Origin: a virus
Lineage: Duplodnaviria > Caudoviricetes
Virus record (IMG/VR): IMGVR_UViG_3300013125_000852
Location: 1 to 31,308 of that record
Length of the DNA: 31,308 nt
Direction: 5' to 3' (one strand)
The position numbers were made by a program, and so were the translations under genes. The number at the start of each line of letters is the position of its first letter. The first letter of the stretch is position 1. Of this stretch, positions 1 to 7,983 are shown in pieces. The notes under the pieces are model-generated. The model searched no databases and was not told the DNA's origin. It worked only from the letters and a program-made list of their open reading frames with translations.

Positions 1-195
1 ATCCTGCTGTGGGAAAGCCTTGCATGGGACCCCCCTGACTCAGCCCGTCGAGGCTGGGGAATTTACATTAGGTAACTGCTATATCATATTGAAATAAAAT
101 GACAAGAATAATATAATGTAAAACGTTATTGCCCGTTCGGCCTAAAACGCGATATATAATAAGATTTGGCGAAAAAACGCAGAGGCAAGCCCACA

Positions 196-1104
196 ATGAA
201 TATCCTTGATCTCATCGGAAACACCCCCCTGGTTAAAATTCAATACCCTAACGGGTCAAACGGCGTGCGCATATTGGGAAAACTAGAGGGCAACAATCCG
301 GGCGGCTCGGTAAAGGACCGCATCGCGTACCACATGATCCAAAAGGCGGAGGAAGAAGGTCGCCTGACGAAAGACAAGGTCATATTGGAACCCACTTCCG
401 GCAATACCGGGATCGGCCTTTCCATGGTTGCGGCCAGTAAAGGATATCGCTGTTTGCTCACGCTTCCGGAATGTGTGAGCGTCGAACGGCGAAACACGCT
501 CCGAGCTTTCGGCGCGGAATTGGAAATCACCGTTGCGTGCGACGGTACAGACGGCGCGATTCGAAAAGCCCATGATATTTACGAGGCAGACCCGGAAAAG
601 TACTTCATGCCCAACCAGTTTGAAAACCCATACAACATCGAAGCCCACTACATGACCACCGGAAAAGAAATCCTGGAGCAAACCGCAGGCGAAATAGCAA
701 TGTTTGTGGCTGGAATGGGGACCAGCGGAACCCTGATGGGAGTTTCCAGGCGTCTAAAAGAGCACAACCCGGCCATCCAGATCGTGGGAGTCGAGCCCGT
801 GGAGGGGCATGCGATTCAGGGCCTTAAGAACATGAAAGAGGCCATTGTGCCCAGGATCTACGAGCCCAAACGCATCGACAGGATCATTCAAGTCGACGAC
901 GACCACGCTTACGACACCACCCGGTGGCTGGCACTGACTCAGGGGATTTTCGTGGGAATGAGTTCCGGCGCTGCCGTGCACGGAGCCATGCAGGCAGCCA
1001 AAGATCTCAAGAACGGCACAGTGGTCTGCATACTGCCCGACCGTGGAGACAGATACCTTAGCACTACTCTGTTCAAATCCATCTGCGCCAAGTGCCCGCC
1101 ATAA
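196..1104 (+). CDS. cysM: Cysteine synthase (O-acetylserine sulfhydrylase, CysM/CysK family, PLP-dependent)
   Basis: IGNTPLV, KLEGNNPGGSVKDR (PLP lysine), EPTSGNTG, GMGTSGT, GMSSGA and PDRGDRYLS motifs. ATG at 196 preferred over TTG at 166. Confidence 0.93.
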   Translation: MNILDLIGNTPLVKIQYPNGSNGVRILGKLEGNNPGGSVKDRIAYHMIQKAEEEGRLTKDKVILEPTSGNTGIGLSMVAASKGYRCLLTLPECVSVERRNTLRAFGAELEITVACDGTDGAIRKAHDIYEADPEKYFMPNQFENPYNIEAHYMTTGKEILEQTAGEIAMFVAGMGTSGTLMGVSRRLKEHNPAIQIVGVEPVEGHAIQGLKNMKEAIVPRIYEPKRIDRIIQVDDDHAYDTTRWLALTQGIFVGMSSGAAVHGAMQAAKDLKNGTVVCILPDRGDRYLSTTLFKSICAKCPP

Positions 1105-1121
1105 GATAGAAGAGAAGATAC

Positions 1122-1156
1122 GGGGGAAACTTTCTCGCACAAAAAAAGTTTCACCC
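1122..1156. repeat. Host-side copy of palindrome family F between convergent genes; possible bidirectional terminator
   Basis: GGGGGAAACTTT...AAAGTTTCACCC imperfect inverted repeat resembling the F elements at 7923, 14652, 16624 and 27438. Confidence 0.5.
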
Positions 1157-1169
1157 ACAAAACATGCCT

Positions 1170-1517
1170 TCAGAGGCCTCTATCATGTGCGGGCGGCTCG
1201 GGAATCCACGTCTTCCGTAAATAGTCGAACCGCTCCCGCCACTGGCGAGCCTTTTCCGGATTCAGGAGCGCTGCCACATCTTCTTTAGCGCCTTCCAGTT
1301 CCCTCTCGACTCTCGGTTGCACGTCTCGACGAATTGCCTGGATGGCCTTCTGTCTGGCCGCGATGATCTCCCTCACTCTTGCAGCTTGTTCGTCGGATAG
1401 CCCGAGCTTGCTCTTGATCCGGTTCGTGATCCTCATGGGAGTCTGTTCGGGGTGGCGGATCGCGTGCAGCACCATTTTGTGGATGACTATCACGGTGACC
1501 CCTGATCCGATCAGCGC
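1170..1517 (-). pseudogene. 5'-truncated small membrane-anchored helical protein (Spy/CpxP or periplasmic-sensor-like), interrupted by the prophage
   Basis: Begins mid-hydrophobic segment (ALIGSGVTVIVIH), followed by KLGLSDEQAARVREI and LLNPEK motifs. The ORF-track start (TTG 1544) lies inside the tandem end repeat and has no SD. Confidence 0.6.
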
Positions 1518-1525
1518 TATAGTCC

Positions 1526-1565
1526 GCGGCACAGAACCGGACAAACTGCGGCACAGAACCGGACA
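1526..1565. repeat. Two exact 18-bp direct repeats GCGGCACAGAACCGGACA with 22-bp period; candidate transposase-binding sites at the prophage end
   Basis: Copies at 1526-1543 and 1548-1565, 8 bp inside the inferred junction at 1517/1518. Confidence 0.75.
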
Positions 1566-1732
1566 GAATAGGCGTTTTCAGCCGTGTGAATTCATGCACC
1601 ATTCGTCCCGTGTCGCGTTGTCCTCAAACGAGTCATATTTAGCCCTCAAATCTCAAAATTGCGCAATTTCGCAAACTGACCCACTATAATCCATATTAGA
1701 GTGCTTTGCATCAGGCTTCCAGCCATTCGCGC

Positions 1733-2380
1733 TCAAGCATAGTTGCGAATCAGCAGCTCATTGACACGCTTGCGTGCTTCAACTTTACGCGCCAGTGAGT
1801 ACCGCGTCGTGACCTGCTCGATCTCCGCCCATTTGTAGAGTTTCCTGATTTCAGCATGATCATTATAGCTCAGAAGGAACTTCCCTTTCAAGTGTTTCAG
1901 CGTCGCTGCAAGACGTTCATGCGCCCTCTCTATAATGTCCTTAATGTAGTCGCTCAGAATCGGTGCTCTATCGCTCAGTCGATAGCCGAAGCTCGGCTTG
2001 ACCGTTCTGTCTCCGAAAGCCTGTCTGAGCAGCCAGAAGAACCTGGCAGCCCGCTGCACCTCAGTAAGTATGACAGGCTGGAACGCCTGTCCCACAAGCC
2101 CTTGCTTGTCTCTCCTGAAATCTTCCTGGCTCGCCAGCCTGAACCGCAGCTTTTCGAGCAGTTCAAGCGGCTTTTCTCGCACACATCGGAAGAAGTTCGT
2201 CAGATCGCCATGCCTGTCATTCAGGACCTCTGCCTTGGACACGCTCGCCTCTTTACCGAACAGCACCCATGCAGCGCCGCAGAAGACCTCGATATACGTC
2301 GTATGCTCAGGAAACAGCTTCAGGATTTTCGGCCTCAGCAGCCTCTTTCCGCCGACCCATCCGATTGGACTCTGTAACAT
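1733..2380 (-). CDS. dam: Dam/D12-class DNA adenine methylase with an in-frame internal deletion removing the DPPY motif (probably inactive)
   Basis: SPIGWVGGKR, YIEVFCGAAWV, EVLND, LTEVQRAARF and KGKFLLSYND...ELLIRNY motifs. No DPPY; only 215 aa. SD AAGGAGG. Confidence 0.85.
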   Translation of the reverse strand: MLQSPIGWVGGKRLLRPKILKLFPEHTTYIEVFCGAAWVLFGKEASVSKAEVLNDRHGDLTNFFRCVREKPLELLEKLRFRLASQEDFRRDKQGLVGQAFQPVILTEVQRAARFFWLLRQAFGDRTVKPSFGYRLSDRAPILSDYIKDIIERAHERLAATLKHLKGKFLLSYNDHAEIRKLYKWAEIEQVTTRYSLARKVEARKRVNELLIRNYA

Positions 2381-2535
2381 GATTCGCCTCCTTGCGTCGA
2401 TGACGCTCGAAGGCGTTCAGGATTGATCTCAAGCCGATTTATAGTCTTGCATCGGCCGCACTTACATTCAGCCGAAATGCTTATCGAAGCTTCAAACAGC
2501 TTCTTACCGCAAGTCTTGCATCTAACTTCGCCCAT
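2335..2535 (-). CDS. com: Mu Com-family zinc-finger translational regulator (66 aa)
   Basis: MGEVRCKTCGKKLF...ECKCGRCKTIN matches the Com CxxC...CxxC pattern. It overlaps the methylase start as Mu com overlaps mom. SD AAGGA before ATG 2535. Confidence 0.82.
   Translation of the reverse strand: MGEVRCKTCGKKLFEASISISAECKCGRCKTINRLEINPERLRASSTQGGESCYRVQSDGSAERGC
2385..2415 (-). promoter_or_regulatory. mRNA hairpin sequestering the methylase Shine-Dalgarno sequence
   Basis: mRNA CGCCUUC-GA-GCGUC-AUC-GACGC-AA-GGAGGCG gives 7-bp and 5-bp stems covering GGAGG, ending 4 nt before the AUG. Confidence 0.65.
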
Positions 2536-2805
2536 CACAATGTCCTTGTGATACAATGTCCTCATGTCGCGCGCTCTCAGAGCCGCTTTACGGTCAGTGC
2601 GCGATATTTGAGGAGTCTGCATCTTGCAGGGCCGAAGTGTTTTTTCGGTCGGTTTTGGCTGCATCAACAGCCTAAACTGCTCCTCAATCAATCACCGGCT
2701 ACGAAGACAATCCGCAGATTCCGGGCGCATGCCATGCGCCCCTACCAATCGGCTGTTTCATCTGCGTCATCTGCGGTTGGTTCCCTTCTCTCCCATGCTA
2801 CATCC

Positions 2806-2994
2806 TCAGTCGCTTCCACCCTGTTTCTCGATCTCCAGCGCCACGGCCTGGCGATACAGCTCCAGCTCTGCGATCAGCCGTGACGAGCCTGACAACCCCA
2901 GCATCGAGACTTGCTGCTCCATAGCTGCAATATTCACGAGCATACTGAGTAGATTGGATGGCACTTTTTCATAGTCTATAATCGGCCGCGGCAT
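2806..2994 (-). CDS. Small helical hypothetical protein (62 aa) downstream of the fibre gene; possible fibre chaperone
   Basis: MPRPIIDYEK... with SD AAGGGGA before ATG 2994. The longer ORF-track version overlaps the fibre gene. Confidence 0.55.
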   Translation of the reverse strand: MPRPIIDYEKVPSNLLSMLVNIAAMEQQVSMLGLSGSSRLIAELELYRQAVALEIEKQGGSD

Positions 2995-3008
2995 TGTGTT
3001 TCCCCTTT

Positions 3009-5996
3009 CTATCCCGACGCGACACGCTGCACGTATATGCTGGCGTTGATGTATTGCATATATGCATTGCACGTTGTGACGGCTGGGTTCCCGGTTGCCG
3101 TGCAGTGCGGCGTGAATTGGTATGAAAATGTCCCATAGATATTCCCTTGGCTCAATGAGGCAGGCGCAACGGCCAGATCTCGCCATGCACTCAACGTCTG
3201 CTGATTCTGGCCGACATAGTAATAGGCGATGCAATATCCAGGCGCGCCGATATCTGAAAGGCATGTCCCGACTATGTTTCCGTTGTAGATCAGCTCGCCG
3301 TGCAGCCTGTATACGCTCCCGCCCACCGATGTGAACACCAAGCTCGTGCCTCTCCCATAGATCAATCCAGGAATGACCAGTTCCGTGTAGTCCGCTGTTA
3401 CCTGAGCGGTCCACGTTCGGGTTGGCTCATTGTATCGGCTACAGACATTATGGTCATAGGCCATGGAATTCAAGGATGTGAAGCATAGCGAGCCTACAAG
3501 GACCTTGTCCGGCGAAAGCAGGTTCAGCTTCGAATAGTTAGTGTCTGGCGCCTGTGTTGACAAAAAAAATGTGTCGTATCCAATATAGACATAATAGAAC
3601 GTCCCCACAGACCCGGAAACCTGCAACGTGATCCCCTCTTGCGGAATCAGCCGCATCGAGAGATCCGGAAATACGATCGTGCATGGATCGGTAAGCGGCA
3701 CGAGCTTGATGGTGTTGCTGTTCACCCGTTCCAGTCGCACTAGGATGCCCGCGGTTTTTTGCTGCTCATAAAGCATGTTCGCGGAAAGCGATGTCTGAAT
3801 CTTCGCGCTGCTCCAGGTATCGTTGAATGTCGTCGCGGAATCGTCAATCTTGAGCTGCGAGAGCGGCGCAATTTCTTTGATGAAGTTTCCCGAAAAGTGG
3901 CTCTGCGCTGTGGGCCGGATGCGAGCCAGCCATCTCGCATTGTTTCCCGGCCAGTTGCCCGACAGATATCCATTCACGGGCGCCGTGAGGCAGCAAAAGA
4001 GCGCGCCTGCGAAATCACCCCAGAATGACCTATTGTTCGCCAGATACAGATAGAGGTCTTGGTCGGGATAATCTTCGATCGCATTTAGCGGCTGTAGAGG
4101 CGCATCAGGGCTATTTTCGTCATATTCCTGGACAATATCCGTAGTCGCGCAAACGTGGACCCTGGCGTCGTCCTGATCATACGTCTGCACGGTCAAACCG
4201 GCCACATTGACCAGACCGTCCGTGCCCGTCCGCTTGGCAACCTTGAACGAGAAATCATCCACATTGACAAATCGGATGTCAGCCAACCCTGAATAATAAC
4301 TTGGGCTGATCACGGGTTGCCTGATTGCTGTCACGTCCGCGCTGGGTCGGAACATGCCCGCGCTGTCGGTCATGATTTGCCCGATATGCCGCGTCACATA
4401 GCCCGGCCACTGTTCATCGAGCCTGCCATGATCCGGCGCCTTCGGGCTCAGGAACGGCTTTAGGCGCATATCCAGCGAAGCGTCGTAATTGCCTTCCGCG
4501 GCGATGTCCTTCGAGGTCCACGGCCGATTCGTCGCGGGATTTACCGCATTGAAATTGAACTCATCCACATCGCCGGAAATGTAGATATAATGCTGCATAT
4601 TTGGCGAAAGCGCGCCCGTCTCGCGTTGGATCTTGCCCGGCGCCTCGTCGTTCCATGAGACCCACGGATCGTTGGTCGTGATGTCATACTCCACGCCCAG
4701 ATAGTGCAGGTTACCCGCGACGTAGATCTGCCCATAAGCCCCGTCGAGCAGCGCGAACCGCAAAGTGTCGCCGTCCACGAACTGGACCTGGTAATCGCTG
4801 AAATCCCTCAATGTCTCCGGGAAATTCGTGGTCCTGGATATCAAGGAAATGTCCACTTCACGGAGAAAGAACGGACCGCCTTGCTCTGTGGGCGTGTCAT
4901 CAGTCTCGACCTTGCCCACAAGCCTCGCATTGCGGCCAGGGCCGATTGTTGACAGGTAGCCATCAGTCTCGGGAGTGGTGGAGAGAAAGAGCCTGCCTCT
5001 AAAATCCCATGAGCCCCCCTCACCCTGACCCTCTCCCGGAGGGAGAGGGAAATGGACGCTGAAGGCGGCATCCCTGGAATTGGCCACGTAGATCCAATAT
5101 TCCGTTTCAGGCTGCAAAATCACCGGCAAGATGCCGGCGCTACCAATTTCAAGGGTCGGCTGTTTGTTGGTCACCGCTGCGCTGCGCTCCGCTTTCACGA
5201 ATTCGCCATTGACCCAGATCAGCCCCGAACCGCCCGGAATGGCTTCGAGGCTGATTTCGGTCGGGCTGATCCAGACCACACGCGCGTCCGGACTGACCAT
5301 CTGCAAAAAACCAGGCGGCAAATGCCGTTCAGGCTCATCATCCTCCAGCCTGGAATGCTTCTCGCGTAGCCATTGGTAGCCATTCCAGAACAGCAGGACA
5401 TTTGTTTCCACGACCGCGTGCAGCTCGCCCATCGAGCGGCCTGGATTGGGCAGGTCTGATTTGTTGTCCACGTTCCAATAGCGATGCAGCGGTTTGAATT
5501 CCTCCACCGAGGAATCCCAATAATAGAGCCTCCAGTAATATTGATTCGCGGTCGCGTCATAGAACCGGACGTTCCAAATCTCACCAAAGGGCCTCGGGCC
5601 AGTGGGCAGTTCCGAATAGGTGAGCGCAGCCCCGGCAATTCCAATCCCGATCCACTGCGTCCCGTCCCACCAGTAATCATGCTCCCATCTGCGGAACCGG
5701 CGAACATGCCCGTAGACATTCCCTTCGGGGCTCACGCGATACAATTCATCCCCGTAATTGCCGTCGCAAAAATAGGGCATGGAGGCCGTGGCCGCAGTGT
5801 TTGACGGCGGCCAATCCCCCCCCTCACCCTGGCCCTCTCCCGCGAGGGGCGAGGGAATAGCGGGCAGATCGTCAGGCGAATCCAGCGGCGGCTGCTGAGG
5901 CTGCACATAGAGCATGAGGTTGAACCGCTGCGCAAGCTGCTCCAGACCGTCGCCGTCAAGCGAAATATCGACCGCAGGCCAGAATTTAGACGACAT
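3009..5996 (-). CDS. Large tail fibre / receptor-binding-like structural protein with four internal domain repeats (995 aa)
   Basis: Lies after the tail-collar gene. Repeated beta-rich unit (YxYxxN...FLS..P..GYL...PG.NAR) and a KIDDSATTFNDTWSSAKI fibre linker. Start at MSSKF (5996); the upstream extension is translated repeat. Confidence 0.7.
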   Translation of the reverse strand: MSSKFWPAVDISLDGDGLEQLAQRFNLMLYVQPQQPPLDSPDDLPAIPSPLAGEGQGEGGDWPPSNTAATASMPYFCDGNYGDELYRVSPEGNVYGHVRRFRRWEHDYWWDGTQWIGIGIAGAALTYSELPTGPRPFGEIWNVRFYDATANQYYWRLYYWDSSVEEFKPLHRYWNVDNKSDLPNPGRSMGELHAVVETNVLLFWNGYQWLREKHSRLEDDEPERHLPPGFLQMVSPDARVVWISPTEISLEAIPGGSGLIWVNGEFVKAERSAAVTNKQPTLEIGSAGILPVILQPETEYWIYVANSRDAAFSVHFPLPPGEGQGEGGSWDFRGRLFLSTTPETDGYLSTIGPGRNARLVGKVETDDTPTEQGGPFFLREVDISLISRTTNFPETLRDFSDYQVQFVDGDTLRFALLDGAYGQIYVAGNLHYLGVEYDITTNDPWVSWNDEAPGKIQRETGALSPNMQHYIYISGDVDEFNFNAVNPATNRPWTSKDIAAEGNYDASLDMRLKPFLSPKAPDHGRLDEQWPGYVTRHIGQIMTDSAGMFRPSADVTAIRQPVISPSYYSGLADIRFVNVDDFSFKVAKRTGTDGLVNVAGLTVQTYDQDDARVHVCATTDIVQEYDENSPDAPLQPLNAIEDYPDQDLYLYLANNRSFWGDFAGALFCCLTAPVNGYLSGNWPGNNARWLARIRPTAQSHFSGNFIKEIAPLSQLKIDDSATTFNDTWSSAKIQTSLSANMLYEQQKTAGILVRLERVNSNTIKLVPLTDPCTIVFPDLSMRLIPQEGITLQVSGSVGTFYYVYIGYDTFFLSTQAPDTNYSKLNLLSPDKVLVGSLCFTSLNSMAYDHNVCSRYNEPTRTWTAQVTADYTELVIPGLIYGRGTSLVFTSVGGSVYRLHGELIYNGNIVGTCLSDIGAPGYCIAYYYVGQNQQTLSAWRDLAVAPASLSQGNIYGTFSYQFTPHCTATGNPAVTTCNAYMQYINASIYVQRVASG

Positions 5997-6010
5997 GCGG
6001 AAAATACCTT

Positions 6011-6208
6011 CCCTCACCCCGCCCTCTCCCAAAGGGCGAGGGTGAAAGATGTAACCCCTCTCCCAAGGGGAGAGGGTGAAAGATGTAATCCCTCTCTCCC
6101 CAGGGAGAGAGAACCGAGTTTGCCCTCTCCCTCTGGGAGAGGGTTGGGTGAGGGTCTCCCTGCTCTTCCTCTTTCCCCTCGCCCCCCGGGAGAGGGATGG
6201 GGTGAGGG
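6011..6208. repeat. Cluster of five family-B elements (CCCTCACCC-n3-CCCTCTCCC-n-GGGAGAGGG)
   Basis: Five CCCTC/GAGGG-type hairpins in both orientations, with a duplicated GGGTGAAAGATGTAA spacer. Confidence 0.85.
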
Positions 6209-6211
6209 CAG

Positions 6212-7453
6212 CTACGTCTTGATAATCTTCAGCACAACCGCCGCAGGATGATAGTTATTATGCGCCTCCCCGCCGCCCTGCGCGGAGATTGTATGCGAGT
6301 GAGTGCCCGTCACATTCGGAGCGTTGCTGCCCGCAGACGGCGTATAAGCGCCGGTCGCTGAAGGGGTGCTTGTGCCGGTGCTGCCGCCGTGATTGTGGCT
6401 CGGCATCTGATCCACCGTCAGAGTGACCGTCTCAGCGCCTCCGGTATTTCCCACTGCATTGCCAAGTTGAGCCGTGCCGGTCCCGCCTGAACCGACCGCG
6501 CTCCGGCGGCGAAGGTCCGGCAGATTGAACGTTGTTGAGCCGTCGCCTATACCCCATGTCGTCCCTATGGCTGTGAACAGAGCTGCATAGGTCTCACGGC
6601 TCACTGCGGAACCATCGCACGCGAGCCAGCCGTCGGGTGCTGAATCGCCGCCGTAATCCATTATCATGCCCGCGGGCAGGGTTGACCCTCCCGGCACATC
6701 CACCGCCTTCAACACCGTTCCATCGATCTTGCAGTATTTCCCATCCTCAAGATTGCCGATGGTTCTCGCTCCATCGGTCCCAGTCAACGCCACGACGGTA
6801 GGAGAGGCCGCATTGCCGCCTAATTGCCCCGCGAGTTGAACCCTGCCTTTGACCTCGGCGGTAGCGTCCGGCACAGGAGCTACCCCCACCACTGTGGTCC
6901 CGGAGCGTCCCAACAATTCACCGTCGTCTATGGCGCCCATTGATAGCGATTGCCCACCAGATTCCTTCACCCCGACCACAAGAGGCTCGTCCGCTGTGCC
7001 GCTAAAATTGCCCGCCAACTTGAGCTTACCTTTGACGTCGGCGGTGGCATCCGGCGTCGCGGTCGCGGGATACGGCCATTCCGTCCAGTTGCCCAGGATA
7101 CTGGGATCGTCGCCAGTCAGGACATAGGCCTTGGTGACATCGGACCTCAACGCCATGTCCCGCTTCTGAGCCGTCAGGGCCAGCATTTCAACCTCAGAAG
7201 CCACGCTGAAGGTATCCCCGAGCGCTGCGGGCGGGAGTTTATTCATAGGGACCTGAACGTTCTGGTCCAATAGCAACGGCCCGCCGGCTTGGTCCGCGGA
7301 ACCAACAAAATCCTCGAGCGCATCGGCTCGACCGCCCAGCGCGTCGGTCTCCTCAGCGATCGCGGCAAGATTATCATTGACCTTGTCCCACGCGGCAGGA
7401 TTCAGGTCCGGGTTCTGAGGGTCAAGACTGATTGGATCGGGAGTATATGGCAT
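6212..7453 (-). CDS. Tail fibre protein with phage tail-collar domain
   Basis: PAGMIMDYGG..APDGWLACDGSAVSRETYAALFTAIGTTWG.GDGSTTFNLPDLR and GGAETVTLTVDQMPSHNH. Duplicated PDATAxVKGxxxLAG module. Confidence 0.92.
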   Translation of the reverse strand: MPYTPDPISLDPQNPDLNPAAWDKVNDNLAAIAEETDALGGRADALEDFVGSADQAGGPLLLDQNVQVPMNKLPPAALGDTFSVASEVEMLALTAQKRDMALRSDVTKAYVLTGDDPSILGNWTEWPYPATATPDATADVKGKLKLAGNFSGTADEPLVVGVKESGGQSLSMGAIDDGELLGRSGTTVVGVAPVPDATAEVKGRVQLAGQLGGNAASPTVVALTGTDGARTIGNLEDGKYCKIDGTVLKAVDVPGGSTLPAGMIMDYGGDSAPDGWLACDGSAVSRETYAALFTAIGTTWGIGDGSTTFNLPDLRRRSAVGSGGTGTAQLGNAVGNTGGAETVTLTVDQMPSHNHGGSTGTSTPSATGAYTPSAGSNAPNVTGTHSHTISAQGGGEAHNNYHPAAVVLKIIKT

Positions 7454-7489
7454 GATTCTGTATCCCTGTGGGACAGGCTTTCCAGCCTG

Positions 7490-7705
7490 TCATTTCGCTT
7501 TGCCTTTTCTTTTCAGCGGCTCGGCAGGTTGCGCTGCCTCTATTGCCGCCAGACGCTCATGGAGCGCGGCCAGCATCGTCTTCAGTTCCTGATTCTCGGC
7601 TGCAATGGCCTCAACCTTGCGGCTCTGCGGGCTCGGCGCGGGGACTCGCCAGCCCCTTTTTTTGCCGGCCTTCATGCCTTGCGGCGGATTGTCATATGGA
7701 TTCAT
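7490..7705 (-). CDS. Small coiled-coil hypothetical phage protein (71 aa)
   Basis: MNPYDNPP...AAENQELKTMLAALHERLAAIEA; co-oriented with the operon. Confidence 0.6.
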   Translation of the reverse strand: MNPYDNPPQGMKAGKKRGWRVPAPSPQSRKVEAIAAENQELKTMLAALHERLAAIEAAQPAEPLKRKGKAK

Positions 7706-7710
7706 TTTTG

Positions 7711-7955
7711 CCCTCACCCTAACCCTCTCCCGGAGGGAGAGGGGCGGATGTAGGGGAAGTTCGCGAACCGCCCCTACCTTGTGGTGGAGGGGTGCCGGAT
7801 CATCTTCGTGACCTCACGAAGATGATCCGGCATGCTTTCCCAGCGCCCCTCGGGTTTGCTGCGCTGAATCACCGGCAAGATGCCGGCGCTACAAATACTC
7901 AAGAGTTTTTGGGAGGGGGTCCGGGGGAAGACCTTTTTGCAAAAAGGGCTCCCCC
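7711..7955. repeat. Composite palindrome cassette (B, C-like, G, A, F)
   Basis: B 7711-7743; GTAGGGG...CCCCTAC 7750-7777; perfect 19-bp stem 7793-7832; A 7872-7892; F 7923-7955. Confidence 0.85.
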
Positions 7956-7983
7956 GCTTTTCTTCCCATGGCTCGCCTCGCCA

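Noticed and set aside
1-165. RNA gene or defined promoter upstream of cysM
   Set aside because: AT-rich and promoter-like with a short CAGCC/GGCTG hairpin, but no tRNA fold and no unambiguous -35/-10 pair can be assigned.
1526-1565. CRISPR array
   Set aside because: Only two 18-bp repeats separated by 4 bp; no spacers or cas genes.
2536-2691. N-terminal extension of Com in the ORF track
   Set aside because: The Com pattern begins at MGEVRC with its own SD; the upstream region is more likely promoter or leader.
3009-3420. Diversity-generating retroelement variable region at the fibre tip
   Set aside because: No reverse transcriptase and no template-like second copy seen in the window; cannot be excluded outside it.
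5997-6032. ORF-track N-terminal extensions (also 17562-17603, 20021-20122, 27260-27283)
   Set aside because: They run into repeats or upstream genes; downstream ATGs have better SD or coupling context.
2806-7453. Mu G-segment-like invertible fibre cassette
   Set aside because: No invertase, no oppositely oriented alternative fibre end and no long gix-like inverted repeats recognised.
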